From assembly GCA_002245135.1 (NCBI GenBank), contig NGBS01000025.1, positions 1-64,000 on the forward strand: a stretch of DNA of 64,000 bases, in the 5' to 3' direction. A program made the translations under genes and the position numbers. The notes below the pieces were generated by a model. It searched no databases, was not told the DNA's origin, and saw nothing but the letters and a program-made list of their open reading frames with translations. Origin of the DNA: Proteromonas lacertae (taxonomy: Eukaryota). Positions 26,487-40,759 of this stretch are shown in pieces (within the stretch, counting starts at the first letter, position 1; each line of letters begins with the position of its first letter).

Positions 26487-27260
26487 TTGTATTTTGTGGG
26501 ACAATGTTTGTGAATAAAATATCTATTTGGTGCTTTTGTGTTGTAAAAATGTCTCTCACATATGTTTAACTTTATATTATATTAATTAACACATCTATCT
26601 ATCACATATAAAACTGAATTACAGAAAGGACAGATATTTTCATTGAATGTAGTTTTTCATAATTTTAACACTGATTATTTACACTGTTACTATTATAAGG
26701 ATATTAAACTGTTATATGACAAAACTACCTATTTATAATTACACAGGTTTACAAAAAAATAATGTTAACTATATACAAGCATACAAAAAATATCAATATT
26801 ATATATATATAGAATGAAATTGCTTACTACAGCATGAAATATATAACTTTAAAATATATTTAAGCTTGATTTCTATTCAAGCTTTTCATTTGAAATTCAA
26901 ATAAAAGGAGTAAGGATGAAGTTTACTCTTATTACAACCATGAAAAAGTAAGTTTTATAGAGAATGGATTTATCAATAGCTTAAATGAACTAGGATATTA
27001 AAAGCTAAAAATATATGTGTGGTTTTGTTATATAACAGTTTAATATCCTTATAATAGTAACAGTGTAAATAATCAGTGTTAAAATTATGAAAAACTACAT
27101 TCAATGAAAATATCTGTCCTTTCTGTAATTCAGTTTTATATGTGATAGATAGATGTGTTAATTAATATAATATAAAGTTAAACATATGTGAGAGACATTT
27201 TTACAACACAAAAGCACCAAATAGATATTTTATTCACAAACATTGTCCCACAAAATACAA

Positions 27261-27911
27261 ATGAAATATATTTTCTTATTCTTCATCTTTTTAACATTAT
27301 CAACTGCTGATAATGTTCAACAATTATTCTGTAATGCTGAAGCTGAATACCCTGCAACGCATGTCAATCATACAACAGTAATATACTGTGGTGATCATAT
27401 GTATAAATATAGAACATGTATTGAAAAGAATGGAATAGCATTATGGATGGAAGTTCATGATTGTGATAGAATTCCATTACTTTATGACTATAATGAGAAT
27501 GTGTTAATTAATGGTAGAATGGGAGAAATAATTCCAATTATCCATGACAATATTGATACTATTACAGTAACTCCAGAATTACCATATGGAATGTCAATTA
27601 ACGTAATTAATGGTAAGATCTCTGGTTCTCCAAAAGAAAGAAGTAATAGGATATACACTATTACTTCTATCAGTGGAAATATTACAAATAATCAACAGAT
27701 TCGAATTAGTGTCTTAGCAGATGGTGATGAATCAAGAAATGAAAGAATAAAGAGTAATGATAATGTGATTTTAATTATATATGCTGTTGTAGCATCTGTT
27801 GCAGTAGTTGGATTGATAATTGGAATGACAATTCACTTTCGAAGTATTAATAAAAGAAAGAATATGAATGAAAAGATAATGAAACCTGTATTGAAGTATG
27901 ATCAGATATAA
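27261..27911 (+). CDS. Type I membrane protein with He_PIG-like Ig domain (copy 2, identical)
   Basis: Reverse-complement copy of 25836-26486 with identical translation. Confidence 0.85.
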   Translation: MKYIFLFFIFLTLSTADNVQQLFCNAEAEYPATHVNHTTVIYCGDHMYKYRTCIEKNGIALWMEVHDCDRIPLLYDYNENVLINGRMGEIIPIIHDNIDTITVTPELPYGMSINVINGKISGSPKERSNRIYTITSISGNITNNQQIRISVLADGDESRNERIKSNDNVILIIYAVVASVAVVGLIIGMTIHFRSINKRKNMNEKIMKPVLKYDQI

Positions 27912-28209
27912 CTAATATGTTTTATTAAAATTCCTTATTATTGAAATGTTATATTATGGTGAGATAAATGTTATATAATAAAAAATGTAATATTTCTACA
28001 TCATATTTTCTATTTAATTAATCCAATAGAAAAATTTTTCTTTTGACATATCAACTTTAATAGATGTTGTAGCGAAATGGTTAATAAAATCAACTGAACA
28101 ATCTAGAATTCCATTTTTCGCATGTGGTTTATATTTTGTGTTTATTTTAATAAACAAAAATATATTCGTTTCATTTAAAACGAACATATTTTTTCAATAT
28201 ATTTTTAAA

Positions 28210-28966
28210 ATGCAATATCCTGCTTGTCCAGGTGATTTTGCAAGTGGATATTCACCATTTTCTGTGCCTTCACCACTTTTTCAACCAATTGTACCTGTTA
28301 CAGATTCAAATTCAGGTATTTTAATGATTGTGTATATTTTTTATAGGCTTTATACTTAATGGTAATTTTCCTTATAAAGAAGGTGATAGAATTTATTTTA
28401 TTCAACAAAGAAACGGTGTTTCAGCTGTTACACCCACCACTTATATTCCTTTAAAAGTGGTTTCTAAGCATCAAATACTATCCACAGGTGGTGTTAGCGA
28501 AAGTAGACATGATGAAGAAGTAGAAAATAAACACTCAGAATCATCGTCTGTAGAAGATTTAAAAATTTCTACTCCAACTCCAGATGTGCTTCCAGAATTA
28601 GGAGATAAATCTTCTGAGCCAATCAGATTAAAATTACCAAAATGTAGTCGTTGTCATACAGAATTTGTGAATATAAAGAATGGAAGAAGAATGAAAACAT
28701 GTAAAGAATGTTTAAAAAGATCAAAATACAGTCAAAGAAGAAGTTTAAAACTAAAAGAATTTTTCACCAATAGCGTAATATGTAGTACATGTAACAGAAA
28801 TGTAGCTATGATGAAAGATGGAAAACAACTTCATACATGTGAAGCTTGTATTATGAAAAAGAAAGTAAAATATGAAAAACAAAAATTAAAACAACCTCCA
28901 AAACAACGTAGTGATAGTGACTTTGAATATGATTACGTTAATAGCATAGGAGTTCATAAAGTATGA
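28210..28966 (+). CDS. Hypothetical protein with two CxxC...CxxC zinc-ribbon motifs
   Basis: Intron 28316-28346 joins MQYPAC.. in frame; KCSRCH..KTCKEC and CSTCN..HTCEAC, basic flanks. Confidence 0.7.
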
Positions 28967-29313
28967 TGATGATGTTGATAATGATGATTTTGTTTGTTGT
29001 AGTTTAATTAGTCTTTTTTTAATTTTATTATACATATATATATCATAATTATTTACTTTTTTTAAAATATTGTTGTTGTTTATACATTAGAAGCAATACA
29101 ATTATTAAATTCATATAATTTATAATAATTGTGTATATCATTACTGTATAAGGTATAGCATACATACTATACACACATTTATATTATTAAATATAATACA
29201 TATTTGTTATTGTTTGATATTTATTTAATTTTGTAATCAAGTATTAGTAATCAAACTGAGCTATATATTACAGAAAACTATTTATAATAGAATTATTTTA
29301 AAGGATTTATACA

Positions 29314-31988
29314 ATGAATAAGTTCCATTTTGGATCTAATTCTGCAACATCAAACACCGATGCTGTATAAGTATGTATCTTATTACATAGAAGAATAATA
29401 TAATTAATGTGCAAGAATTAAATCCAGAAAACGCTAAAATGAACAAATCGATAGATAACCCTCTATTTGTTGATCTAAGTCAAAAAAGTGATGATTCTGA
29501 TGGTTCTTCAACCACAGAGTTGGTTACACCAATACAGCAAAGTCCTTTAGATTCTAATTCTGGTGACTCATCAGCAACAGAGCTTGTAACACCACCAACA
29601 CAATCTTTATCACCTGAATTATCAGATAAACAAGTAATATCTGCAACTCAATTAGATACCAATTCCTCACCATTAAGAAGATTAAATGCACAACAAATGA
29701 AATTAAACCAACAAAACACATTTTCATTCCTGAATGAGAAAGAATCACCTTCCTCCTCAGTATTTGAGTCAATTTCAACTGATGATTCTGAGTTATCCGA
29801 TGCTGTTGTAGTTCCAGAAAATGCTCAAAGAATAAACAAACTAAAAAAGAAAGAAAGAAAGAGTGATATTAAACCAACATCACTTAAATTAATATATAGA
29901 ACTCCCAATTCAAAATCACCTTCATTTATTCAAAAGAAAGAAGAAGAAGAAAAAAGAAAGAAAAAATTGCATTCATTATATCATACATCTACAACGACTA
30001 CTACAAATTCAGATTCTTCTAGTTCTCTAATGGAAACCATATCAGTAGATACAACACCATTAAAAACAATCATTTCACCTCCTCCAAATCCTAAAAGATA
30101 TCCATTTATACCTATTGAAGAAGAAGAAGAAGAACAGGAAGAAAAAAGAGGAAAAAGGAAAACAAGTGAAGAAAAAGCAGAAGAAGAAGATAATAAATAT
30201 CAAATAACTGTTATATTACAACCTCTTGTTTCTGATAGTGGGAATGAAAATGATTCAAATAATAGTCATTCTTATAGTATTGAATCATCAGCAAATTTAC
30301 CATCGAAGTTTTCTTTTCCACCTTCTTTAGAGAATTTAATTACTAATTTGTTTTATACTGAATATTATAAAGATTTTCACGAAAAAGAGATGTTTAGAGA
30401 AATACAGAATCTATCAATTAAAACATTTGATAAGATTAATTTAACTATTTCAAATAATAGAAACAATAAAAGAAAGTATGAAGAATGTGGATATTGTACT
30501 GATGATGAAAATAGTGAGAAAACAACAGTTAAAAGATTTAGACCAAATAATTATCAAAATGAATTATTAGAATCACCATTATCAAATACTATAAACAATG
30601 TAATTCAACCAAGCAAAGAGTTTGTTGATATATTACATTGTAATGATGAAATTGAATTAAAAGAGTTTGACAGTAACTTGACATTTTATCAAACAAATAG
30701 TAAAATAGCTAATATCAATAAGTCTCACATTGCTACTACTATTTCACTAAGAAAGATGAGAAGTGAAAGTAAATTATTTGATGGAATATATTTCATGTTT
30801 ACAGGATTTAAGAAACAGTATAGTTATTATATTATTATTATATATATATACTATATAGTGATTTATATAATTCATTAATTAGTAAAATTGAGAATAATAA
30901 TGGAAGAGTAATAAAATCATTAAGTGATTTAAAAGAAGATGATAATTGTGTTGTCATTGTTATAGCTTCAGGTATTAAACAATGTAGAACTGCAAAATTT
31001 ATGTATAAATATAAATAATTATATATTTCTATAGTTATTCACTTGCATGTGGTTTACCTCCATTACATTATTTATGGATTGAAGATTCAATCAAAGAAAT
31101 GAAATTACAAAATTATGATAATTATTCATTAGCTGTTCAATATGAAGAAACTAAAACAATATTTTGGAATATTAATTTTAACTTTAAGGATTTAACAGAT
31201 CTTTATTTTTTGTTATTTAATGATTACACATTCACTTTATTAGGAAATGAAAAAGATATTAATAATTGGAAAATGATTATAATGGTATATATTCATTATA
31301 TATATATTATTGAGTAGAAATTAGGTGGAAAAATATATCCACTAAATAAATCACCTAGAACAAATCATCATTTTATTTTATGTAATAATATTAGCAATGG
31401 TGAAAATTATAATCATTATAAATATCCTGTAGTATTATATGATTGGATAATTGATTGTATTGTTAATCAGAATGTTGTTGATTATTATGACTATTTGTAT
31501 AAAGAAATACACATATTTAAAGGGATTAAGTATATTACTACTATTGATAATGATAATGGTAATGAAAATAGCGATATTTTTATTAATATAAATAGTAGTG
31601 ATAGTGATTTTGAAGGGATTGATAATACAAGAAAAGAAAAAAAGAAAGAAAATATAATATCAATATATTATAACAATTACAGATATAAAATAGGTGATTC
31701 AATTCAAATTAGGTTTAATAATGATAAAGTTTATTGGGTGTATATTAGTGAAATTAAGATAGTGAATGATCATATGAAGATAAATGGCTTAATTTATGAT
31801 AGAATATGTGAATCACCTGCAACATTGAAACTAACCACTAAATATATAACATTTACTGAAGAAAATGTATATTTTATATCTTATTTATATATTTTTAGAT
31901 TACTGAGATGATTTATGTGTTGAATAAAGGAGATTATGAAATGAAGAATTATACAAAGTGCGATGATGTTTTCCTTTTATCTGTTTAA
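29314..31988 (+). CDS. Tandem-BRCT protein (53BP1/Crb2/Rad9-like C-terminus) with disordered N-terminus and possible BAH-like tail; multi-exon
   Basis: LFDGIYFMFTG, CRTAKF..SLACGLPPLHYLWIEDS, second BRCT ending YDWIIDCIVNQ; short GT-AG introns (e.g. 29365-29390). Confidence 0.75.
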
Positions 31989-32093
31989 TTAATTTATGAT
32001 ATTTTTGTGTGATTTAAATCATTCTATTATCATTTTCTTTTTTCAAAATATATCAAGCCTAGCTTGGTTCTATTTTTGTCGTTTTTTGATATT

Positions 32094-35000
32094 ATGATTG
32101 TTTCACTGCCTTTTCCAGAGCACGGGTATTTCCATTTGTTTTATTTCATAGTTTTCTTGGGAAAAAGAGTGAAGTTTTAGAATATGATACAGAATTGACT
32201 GTTGGTAATGATGTAGTATTAGGTTTTAGAGAAGTTTTATGTTTAAATAGCGATTTTTTCAAAAAGAAGTTGGATCAACCTGTTGATGGTTTTTTTCGTT
32301 ATTCATTTAAATGTTTAGATCCAGTTTATTTCAGATTATACATCAATTATCTTCATTTTGACGAAGTATATTTTGAATAATATATTAATAAATAATAGTT
32401 GGTTATAACTCCAGCAAATATGACAAAACTGTATTGCATTGGCTGCAGTTGTAATGATGTAGATTTACAAGAGAATTGTTTAAAGTATAATCATTTATTT
32501 ATTAATATATATAGATTCTTACAAAATCTAACAGATGGTACAGCTTCGCTCAACAATGATCCACGAACAGCAATGGATATACAAATTCCAATTCATTTCA
32601 AAGATTTTGAACAAATAGTAATGAAGAAAACTATTCCATATTTAGGATTATACACAATTTCAATAGATAGACATTTAAATACAACTGCATTTCGTGTTGA
32701 TAAATCTACAATTTATACATATACATTTCCAATGATGTATTTAAACGAATATTTTCACGATTTAATAAATGCTCATAAAACTCAATTAGGTGCGATACAG
32801 ATGAAAGGTGAAATGGAATTATTCAAATTAATCATCATATATTTGAGTTATGGAAACGTATAATTTAGTTATTATAAATTTATTTTCAATAGATTGAATT
32901 AACCAATGAGAATGTAGTAAGAATCGCATTATTAGCAGAAGAATATGAAATTGCTACATTAGACATACACTGTAGAGAATATATAGTTAAAAATATCGAT
33001 TTACAAATGTGTTGGGAGATATACCCTTATTTAGATAGAGATTGTTTTGCTTCAATTATTATACAAGTTAAGAATGCGATTGTTAAGAACAGTAGTGCAT
33101 TATTCTCTGAAGAATATGTTACACAAGCTCCCTATGAATTATTAGAGTTTCTAATACAACAAGAGAATCTTACAGTTCCAAGAGAAGAGAGTATTTGTGA
33201 TGGTATAATTAAATATTATTTCTATAAGAAAAGAGATATTTCAAAAGATGAATCTGAGAGTATAATTATATTTTTTATATTCTTTTTAATAGAATTATAT
33301 CTGTTATCTGAGCAAATTCGTCGATTATTATATCACGTTCAATATCACAATTTAGCAATGGCTTATGTAGTAGAAAATCTCAAACCTTTACATATATTCA
33401 AGAATGATATATTTCAGTATATTTATGAAGAATGTGTGGATATAAAACACGGTGAAGTTGGATTTGTAAGGCATAGTAGGAATTATACTGGATATGTAAT
33501 TACATGGTGCAGAGAATTGGATAACTTTTTAGATGAGAAAGTATTATCAAGGCAAATACATTTTGATTTAGATAGTATATATATATATATATATAATATA
33601 ATAATAATTATTATTTTATTCAATAGAACCAACAATTGAATTATTATATAAGAATGATGCTGTTGCTCACTTATGTAAATTACTTGAAACATCAGTAGAC
33701 TTACCATTACAAGTAGTTATTGAATTAGTTCAAAATTTCTCAAAATTTCCAGAGTATAGAAATGATATATACAAAACATGTTATAAAGTGATTGTAAGAT
33801 TATATAAATATCATAGAAGTGCAACATTTGATGAATTATTAAAGACAATATTGCATTTAACATCCAAGTATGAAATCATGGAAGAAGCTTATAATGATAT
33901 TGGTCCAGAAATATTAGTTGATATTTACAACAATGGTAATGATCAACATAGATTGAATTTATTGAAATTTTTAAATTCAAACAATATATTAACATGTATA
34001 TATATATATTCAATTTTAATTATATTTTTATTGAAATAGATCAATTATTAACTGATTTAGGTGCTTATGGTGGTACAAATATATTAATTCACTTATTTAC
34101 CTCCAGTAATGAAGAGAGAAAGCATCAAATAATTACGGTTATTGCGAATATTCCAATAGATTATTATTCTTATCATGATATGTTAGAAACAGGGGGTGTA
34201 AGTATGTTATCTTTACTTTGGTACGAATTAAAAGATATTAATAAAAGAAATATTATATTTAAGATATTGCTGAATAGTAGGATGGGAAGTATAAATAATA
34301 TTTTTTTATTTGAATAGTTAATGATCTTGAAGCAATTGCAAATATTGGTGCAATTCCATTATTAGCTCAGTTTTATGTTTCTGGAAAAATCGATTTGAAT
34401 TTAAGAAAGAAAATAATGGAAACAATAATCAAATCAAATCCAAATGTTGTTCAATTAAGAGAAATAGGCCAATTATGTGGAATGGATATATTATTAGAAT
34501 TATTACAAAGCCGATTTACAGAGATAATAAATAATACATATTCTGTATTAAAAGAGCTGAATTGGTCACCAACTGGAGTTGCTTCAATAGATGAAATTAT
34601 AAAAGGATTAGATGTGATGAAGAGTGAAACAATTGATTTAACTAATAATGGTATTACATTTACTATGATTAAAGTGATTATGAAATATTTATTGTATTAT
34701 CCAAAAATTAATACTTTGATTTTATCTGATAATATTTTATTAAATGATGGATTGGAAGTTATTACAGTTGCTTTGAATAAATCATTAGGAAAACAGTTAA
34801 TTTCGTTGTATTTAAGACATAATTATATTAGTGAGTATGGAATGTATTTATTATGTTATTCATTACAATCTGGTGAATGTCCAATGTTGAAAGAACTTGA
34901 TATTTCAAGTATATATATTTATACATTAATACATCTGTATTTTTTGTATTTTCTATCTTTCTCTTTTTTAATGTAATTATATATTTATATATATTCATTT

Positions 35001-38000
35001 AGATAATAATATAAGTGATAAAGGTATTAGTTATCTAGCTTCAGCACTTCAATTCTCACTACAGACATTAGAAGTGATAAATATAAGTGGATGTAATATC
35101 ACTGATAATGGTTTAGAAGTATTTTGTGATAGTATCATAGATTCAGATCATAAAAATATAATTTCAATATATTTATCACATAATAAGATCCAATCATTAA
35201 GCTCCATTTCAAAAATCTTCAAAATGAATGGCTGTCCAAATTTGAGTTTATTGGATTTGTCTTATAATTATATTTCTTCAGATTCTTTCAATATTTTGTT
35301 AAAGACTTTGCTAGATGTTCATTATACTGATATTCAGTATTTATATTATGAAGGAAATAAAGAATTGAATGATAACTATTTGTTCTTATTAATTGATTTG
35401 TTTCAAGCTGGATGTTTGAAGAAATTGAGATATATGGGATTTGAAAGTATTCTTGTTATTTAATTATTTAATTATCGAATAGATACTTCAATTGGTGAAA
35501 CAGGAATAAACTCAATAATACCAAAATTCAAACAACAATATTGTAACAATTTAGAAACAATCACATTGTCAGGAATATTATTAAAAGAAAGAACATTCAA
35601 AATCCTTGCAGATGTTATTAGTTCAGGTAGTTTATCAACATTAAAGAATTTGAATTTATCTCGTTGTCAATTATCTAAAGAAAGTTTGAGAATTTTATGT
35701 GATGCAATAAAGTTGAAGAAAACACCAAACATAAAATCACTTCATTTATCATGTATATATATATATATATATATTCTTATAATAATTATTAAATAGATAA
35801 TGCTTTATCATTATATGGATTTGCATTATTAGAAATGTTACTATCCAGTGAATCACTGCCAAAATTAGAAGCACTTCATGTTGCAGTATGTAATGCAAAA
35901 GAAGAAGGAATAAAACATATTTGTACAGCTTTAAAAGATCATCCGTTATATTCATTAAAAGAATTAAATGTTGCTGGAAATGATATAAGAGATGGTGGGA
36001 TGAGAGTATTAAAAGAAACATTATTATCAAATTCATATCAACAACAAATGGAGTATTTAGATGTGTCTGTTAATAATTATACTGCCAATGGAATGAATCA
36101 TTTGTTATATATAATCACAAAATGTGATAATTTAAAGACAGTAAGAGCGTATGGTAATGAATCAACAGAAACAGGACTTAGAGAATTTCCACAAATTGTA
36201 TCTCAAAAAGTATCACATTCATCTATTGAGAATTTTTATTTCCACTGGATTACAATGGGAAATAATGGATGTATGTCTGTATGTAGAAGTATTGATACTG
36301 GATTCTTTTCAAATATAAAGATTTTGGATTTAGCTGATAATTATTTAGATGATTCTGGAATAACATATTTAGCTGAACCAATAGAACAAAAGCATTTGTA
36401 TAGACTTCAAACCTTAGATTTGAGTCGTATATTTATGCTTTTATAATTTATTATATAGATAATCATGTTACTGTAGAAGGTATTCAATTGGTTTTTAGTG
36501 TTATTACATGTGATACTTGTCCATATTTCCAAAATATATTATTAAGAGATAATTTACTTCATGATAAAGGATTTGAAAAGTTAATTGATTATTTGTCAAT
36601 AAATAATAATCATTTGGTACAGAATATTGATGTTGCATGTAATCAAATCACTTTATTATCAAGAACGATTGAATTATTCAAAGATAATGAATTACCAAAT
36701 CTTTTGCATATTGATTTTAGTGAAAATGAATTTACATTTGAAGAATTGGATAAATTCAGAAAGAATTTTATTAATTTATATAAACAGAAGAAAATATTAG
36801 TTCAATCAATCAAATTTATTAGTATATATATAATTCTTTTATTTTTTTAATAATTATTTCTATAGATATTGGTATTTCTCAAGACAAAATCTACGAATTT
36901 CAAGTTTCTCTTTCACTATATGGTCATCCAATATGTGATATAATTCAATGTAATTCTGAATACAGTGATATGTCAATATATATACCAATTTACAATGAGA
37001 TTCAAAAGGATTTAATTCCAATATTTCAAGCTATTCATGTTACATGTAAATTGTATAGCAACAAAACTATGATGCCATTTGTATTGTTATTCTTATATCA
37101 GTATCTACCAACAATTGCTAATAATCCAGAATTTACAAGTATATTATAATATTATAAATATTAATTCTATTATAGAACCATTATTAAAGGAATTAGGAAG
37201 AATTAAAGATTCAGATATTCAATGCAATTTATACTGCTCTTTAAAGAATTCTGCTTTACAACGAACATTATTAACGACATTAGATTATGATGAAGGTATT
37301 GCAGCAACAGTAAGAAGTTGTTTATGTTATGGCGGTTTCCCACTATTAATAACAGTGTATAATTTAGTGGATGATAAGATCAAGCCTTATTTGTTCAAAG
37401 GTTTAGAATCATGGGATCCAGACAAGAGAACGTTAAACCAATTGCATGATATTACCAATATAACAATAATGATCAGATTATCATTATCAAGAAATGAAAA
37501 AATATCAAAATTAGCTTTAGATATAATAGGTGAATGGGAATTAAAGAGTGAAAATGTGAGTGAAATAATTGAATTAGGAAGAAATCAGTTGATGTTTCAA
37601 ATATTTATTGTTTCAAATTCAAAGAATAAACAGACAATAATGCCATTTATATTACAAATAAGAAAGTTTACAAGAGATGAAGAGCAATTGGATATGACAG
37701 TGAAGAAATATGGTTTAGAATTGATATTAGAGTTTTGGTATTATACATTAGATGAAACAATGAAAAATGATTTGTTTAAATATTTGAATAAGAATCTGAA
37801 TAGTATAAATATATCTCATATTATTCATCTTATTTTTTGTAGATCAAACCATATCTCAATTGGCTGAAATAACAAATTATGAATTATTATTATCATTAAT
37901 AAACACAAATCATAACTTATTAGTTCCATTTTGTAATAAGAAATTAAGAGAATTGAATTGTATAAGTATGTTATTATACTTGAATAGATCATTTGACTGG

Positions 38001-40577
38001 ATATTCTGTTTTGGATGATGAATTAGTTGATGATGATGTAGAAACATTAGATTATGAACGTATAATAATTCCTATTATAATAATCATTCCAATAGATAAG
38101 TATATTAATGATGATATGTTTGAAAAGTTTTGTTCTGCAATAATATTATATAAGAAAATCAAATCGATAAATTTTTCAGATAATATGTTTGACTGTCAAG
38201 CTTTAAGTTATTTTAATATTGCATTAAAAAGAGATATGTTTCATTTACAGTCCTTAGATTTATCATGTATTTATAAATATTTAATTTTATATATTATATA
38301 TATAGATAATAATATTGGTACAGAAGGTTTACAATATCTAGCAAATGGTTTATCAATTGAAAATGGAAATGATTTGACATATTTGAATCTAAGAGCATCA
38401 AATCTAGAAGCTTCATCAATGATGTTTTTATATCAATTATTGAACAATTACACTCCAAATATTGAGTATTTAGATTTATCATGTATTTGTTATTATACTA
38501 TATGTATTTATATTTAATGAAATAGATAATAATATTCAAAGTAATGGAATGAAATGCTTTTCTGTAGAAGAGGAAGATAAGAGTAATAATAAAATTTACA
38601 AATTAAAAACATTAAAAATGATATGTATATAATATTTATATTTATATTTTATTAGTTTGTTTAATAAAAGAAGAAGGTTGTGAATATTTATCAAATCTCT
38701 TATTAAAATGCCCAGATATTATTGAATTAGATTTATATGGTAACTTCATTGAAATAAAAGGTATTGAGTCACTAACAAAATCATTTGGTCAAATAACTGA
38801 GTCAAAATTAGAAATTATTAATTTTGGTAGAAATTTTATTACAGGACAAGGATTAGAATGTTTGAGTGATATTTTTAATAAGAAAATATTAAGAAATTTA
38901 ATAAAGTTAGATTTTTCTAGAAATCCATTAAGAAGTGGTGGTTTGAGCTTATTATTATCGTTTTTAACATATGAAAATTGTCCAAATTTGGTTGATATTA
39001 TGATTGATGGTATTGAAATAGATAGTGATGGTTTAGAAAGCTTGTCAAACTATATGAAAACTGATATTAGAGACAATATAACAAGATTATCATTAAATAA
39101 TTGTATTCTTTTAATATATTAAAATACTATGTAAATAGATCATGATGATTGTTCAATTTGTAAGATATATTGGCGTATATATATAACATTAATATATTAT
39201 TTCTTTAGAATTTCAATTTGGTGATGAAACTCCAATTTACTTCAGGAAATTATTAATGAGAAATCAAACTTCATATTTATGCACAACATTTGTTCAAGCT
39301 AAAAGAAATCAAAGATTGTTGTTATTGGATATAATAAAGACATTTTCCAGTAAGTATTCACATAGTGGAAATAATCAATATTTGCAGCAAATAGAATATC
39401 CACTAAAATCCAATGAAATATTTAAAAGTGAAAGTTTCAATATGTTTAGTGATAGTCTTATTGGTGATATAAATAATAATAACATATGTGAGTGGAAAAA
39501 TCTTAACGAATTGGTGTTAAGTGGAAATATAATTAGTGAATCATCATTTTATATACTATGTGATTCTCTATCCAGAATGAAATCACCAAATTTAAAGAAA
39601 TTATTCCTTAATCGTATAATAAATTAATATAATAAATAAATATGTATAGATTGTGGATTGTCCAGTATTTGTGGAACATTCTTATCTCAATTTATTATTG
39701 GCAAATCGTTTGACAATATGGAAATATTAGAATTAACAGGAAATAATCTAGAAAGTGATGGAATTGAGATTATTGGAGCTTCATTTTTAGTGAGAGAAAA
39801 GTGTAATTTAATTTCATTTGATGTGAATAGTATAATTATATATTATTGTTTTATTAAAATAGATAACAATAATCATGGAAATGGAATAATTCCATTCTTA
39901 ACAGCATTATCACAAAGCAAATTCCCAAATATAAAAACATTGAATATTTCTGGTTCATTAAATGAAATAAAATGTTGGGAAATTTTAGATTTAATACTTC
40001 AAAGTAATACTGATAGAAAGATAGAAACATTAAATATGTCAAGTATAATAATGATTAACAATTATATATTTTAGATAATCCAATTAATCCATTAACAATT
40101 GTTTATACAAGAAATTCAATTCATACCACATCATTTCAATATTTAATAAATTTAGATGTTTCTGGTTGTAATGTAACAAAGAGATATTTAGAAATAATAT
40201 TAAGACAGAGTGATATAGAAAAGAAAACTGCCAATGTATCACAAAGAAAATCAAGACCATCAAGTTCAGTTACTGAGATAAGACCAGTTTTATATCATTT
40301 AGAATTATTGAATATGGGTAATAATCCAATTGAAGATGATGGATTTATGATGTTGATTGGATATATTAACAGACATTTGAGAAATACAGTGAAATACATG
40401 TATTTGTATAACTGTGGAATAAGTGATGTAAGTGATTCAAAAGTGATTAATTATTTATTAGATAGTGCAATTATGGAAGTTGATTTGTATGGTAATAAAT
40501 TAGATACTACTTCAACAAAGGAAATTCAGAATGTAGTAGTAGAAAAGAAGAAAGATTTTAGATTAATTTATATATGA
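32094..40577 (+). CDS. Giant multi-exon BTB/BACK + helical + ribonuclease-inhibitor-type LRR protein
   Basis: REVLCLNSDFFKK..FRLYINYLH (BTB); LIQQENLTVPREESICDGIIKY (BACK); many LxxLxLSxNxI LRRs. At the junctions I checked, ORF fragments are joined in frame by short GT-AG introns. Confidence 0.85.
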
Positions 40578-40759
40578 TTATTGTTTTTAAATATTTACTA
40601 TTTTAATGTAGTTTTTTTTAAGAAAAATGAAAATCAATCAAATCAAGGCTTGATCATTTTCATTCTTCATTTCATTTTTTTATATCAATGACAAAAAATT
40701 AAAATTAAATAATATTCACATAAAGTAAATTATAACTATATAATCTAATTAGATTATAC

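Larger units (their letters stand above)
25691..28056. repeat. Large inverted duplication (palindrome): 1027-bp arms 25691-26717 and 27030-28056, 312-bp spacer
   Basis: Paired coordinates sum to 53747 at every point checked; the two encoded proteins are identical. Confidence 0.95.

Noticed and set aside
32195..40577. About 20 separate small genes suggested by the ORF track
   Set aside because: They are exons joined by short GT-AG introns into one gene at every junction checked
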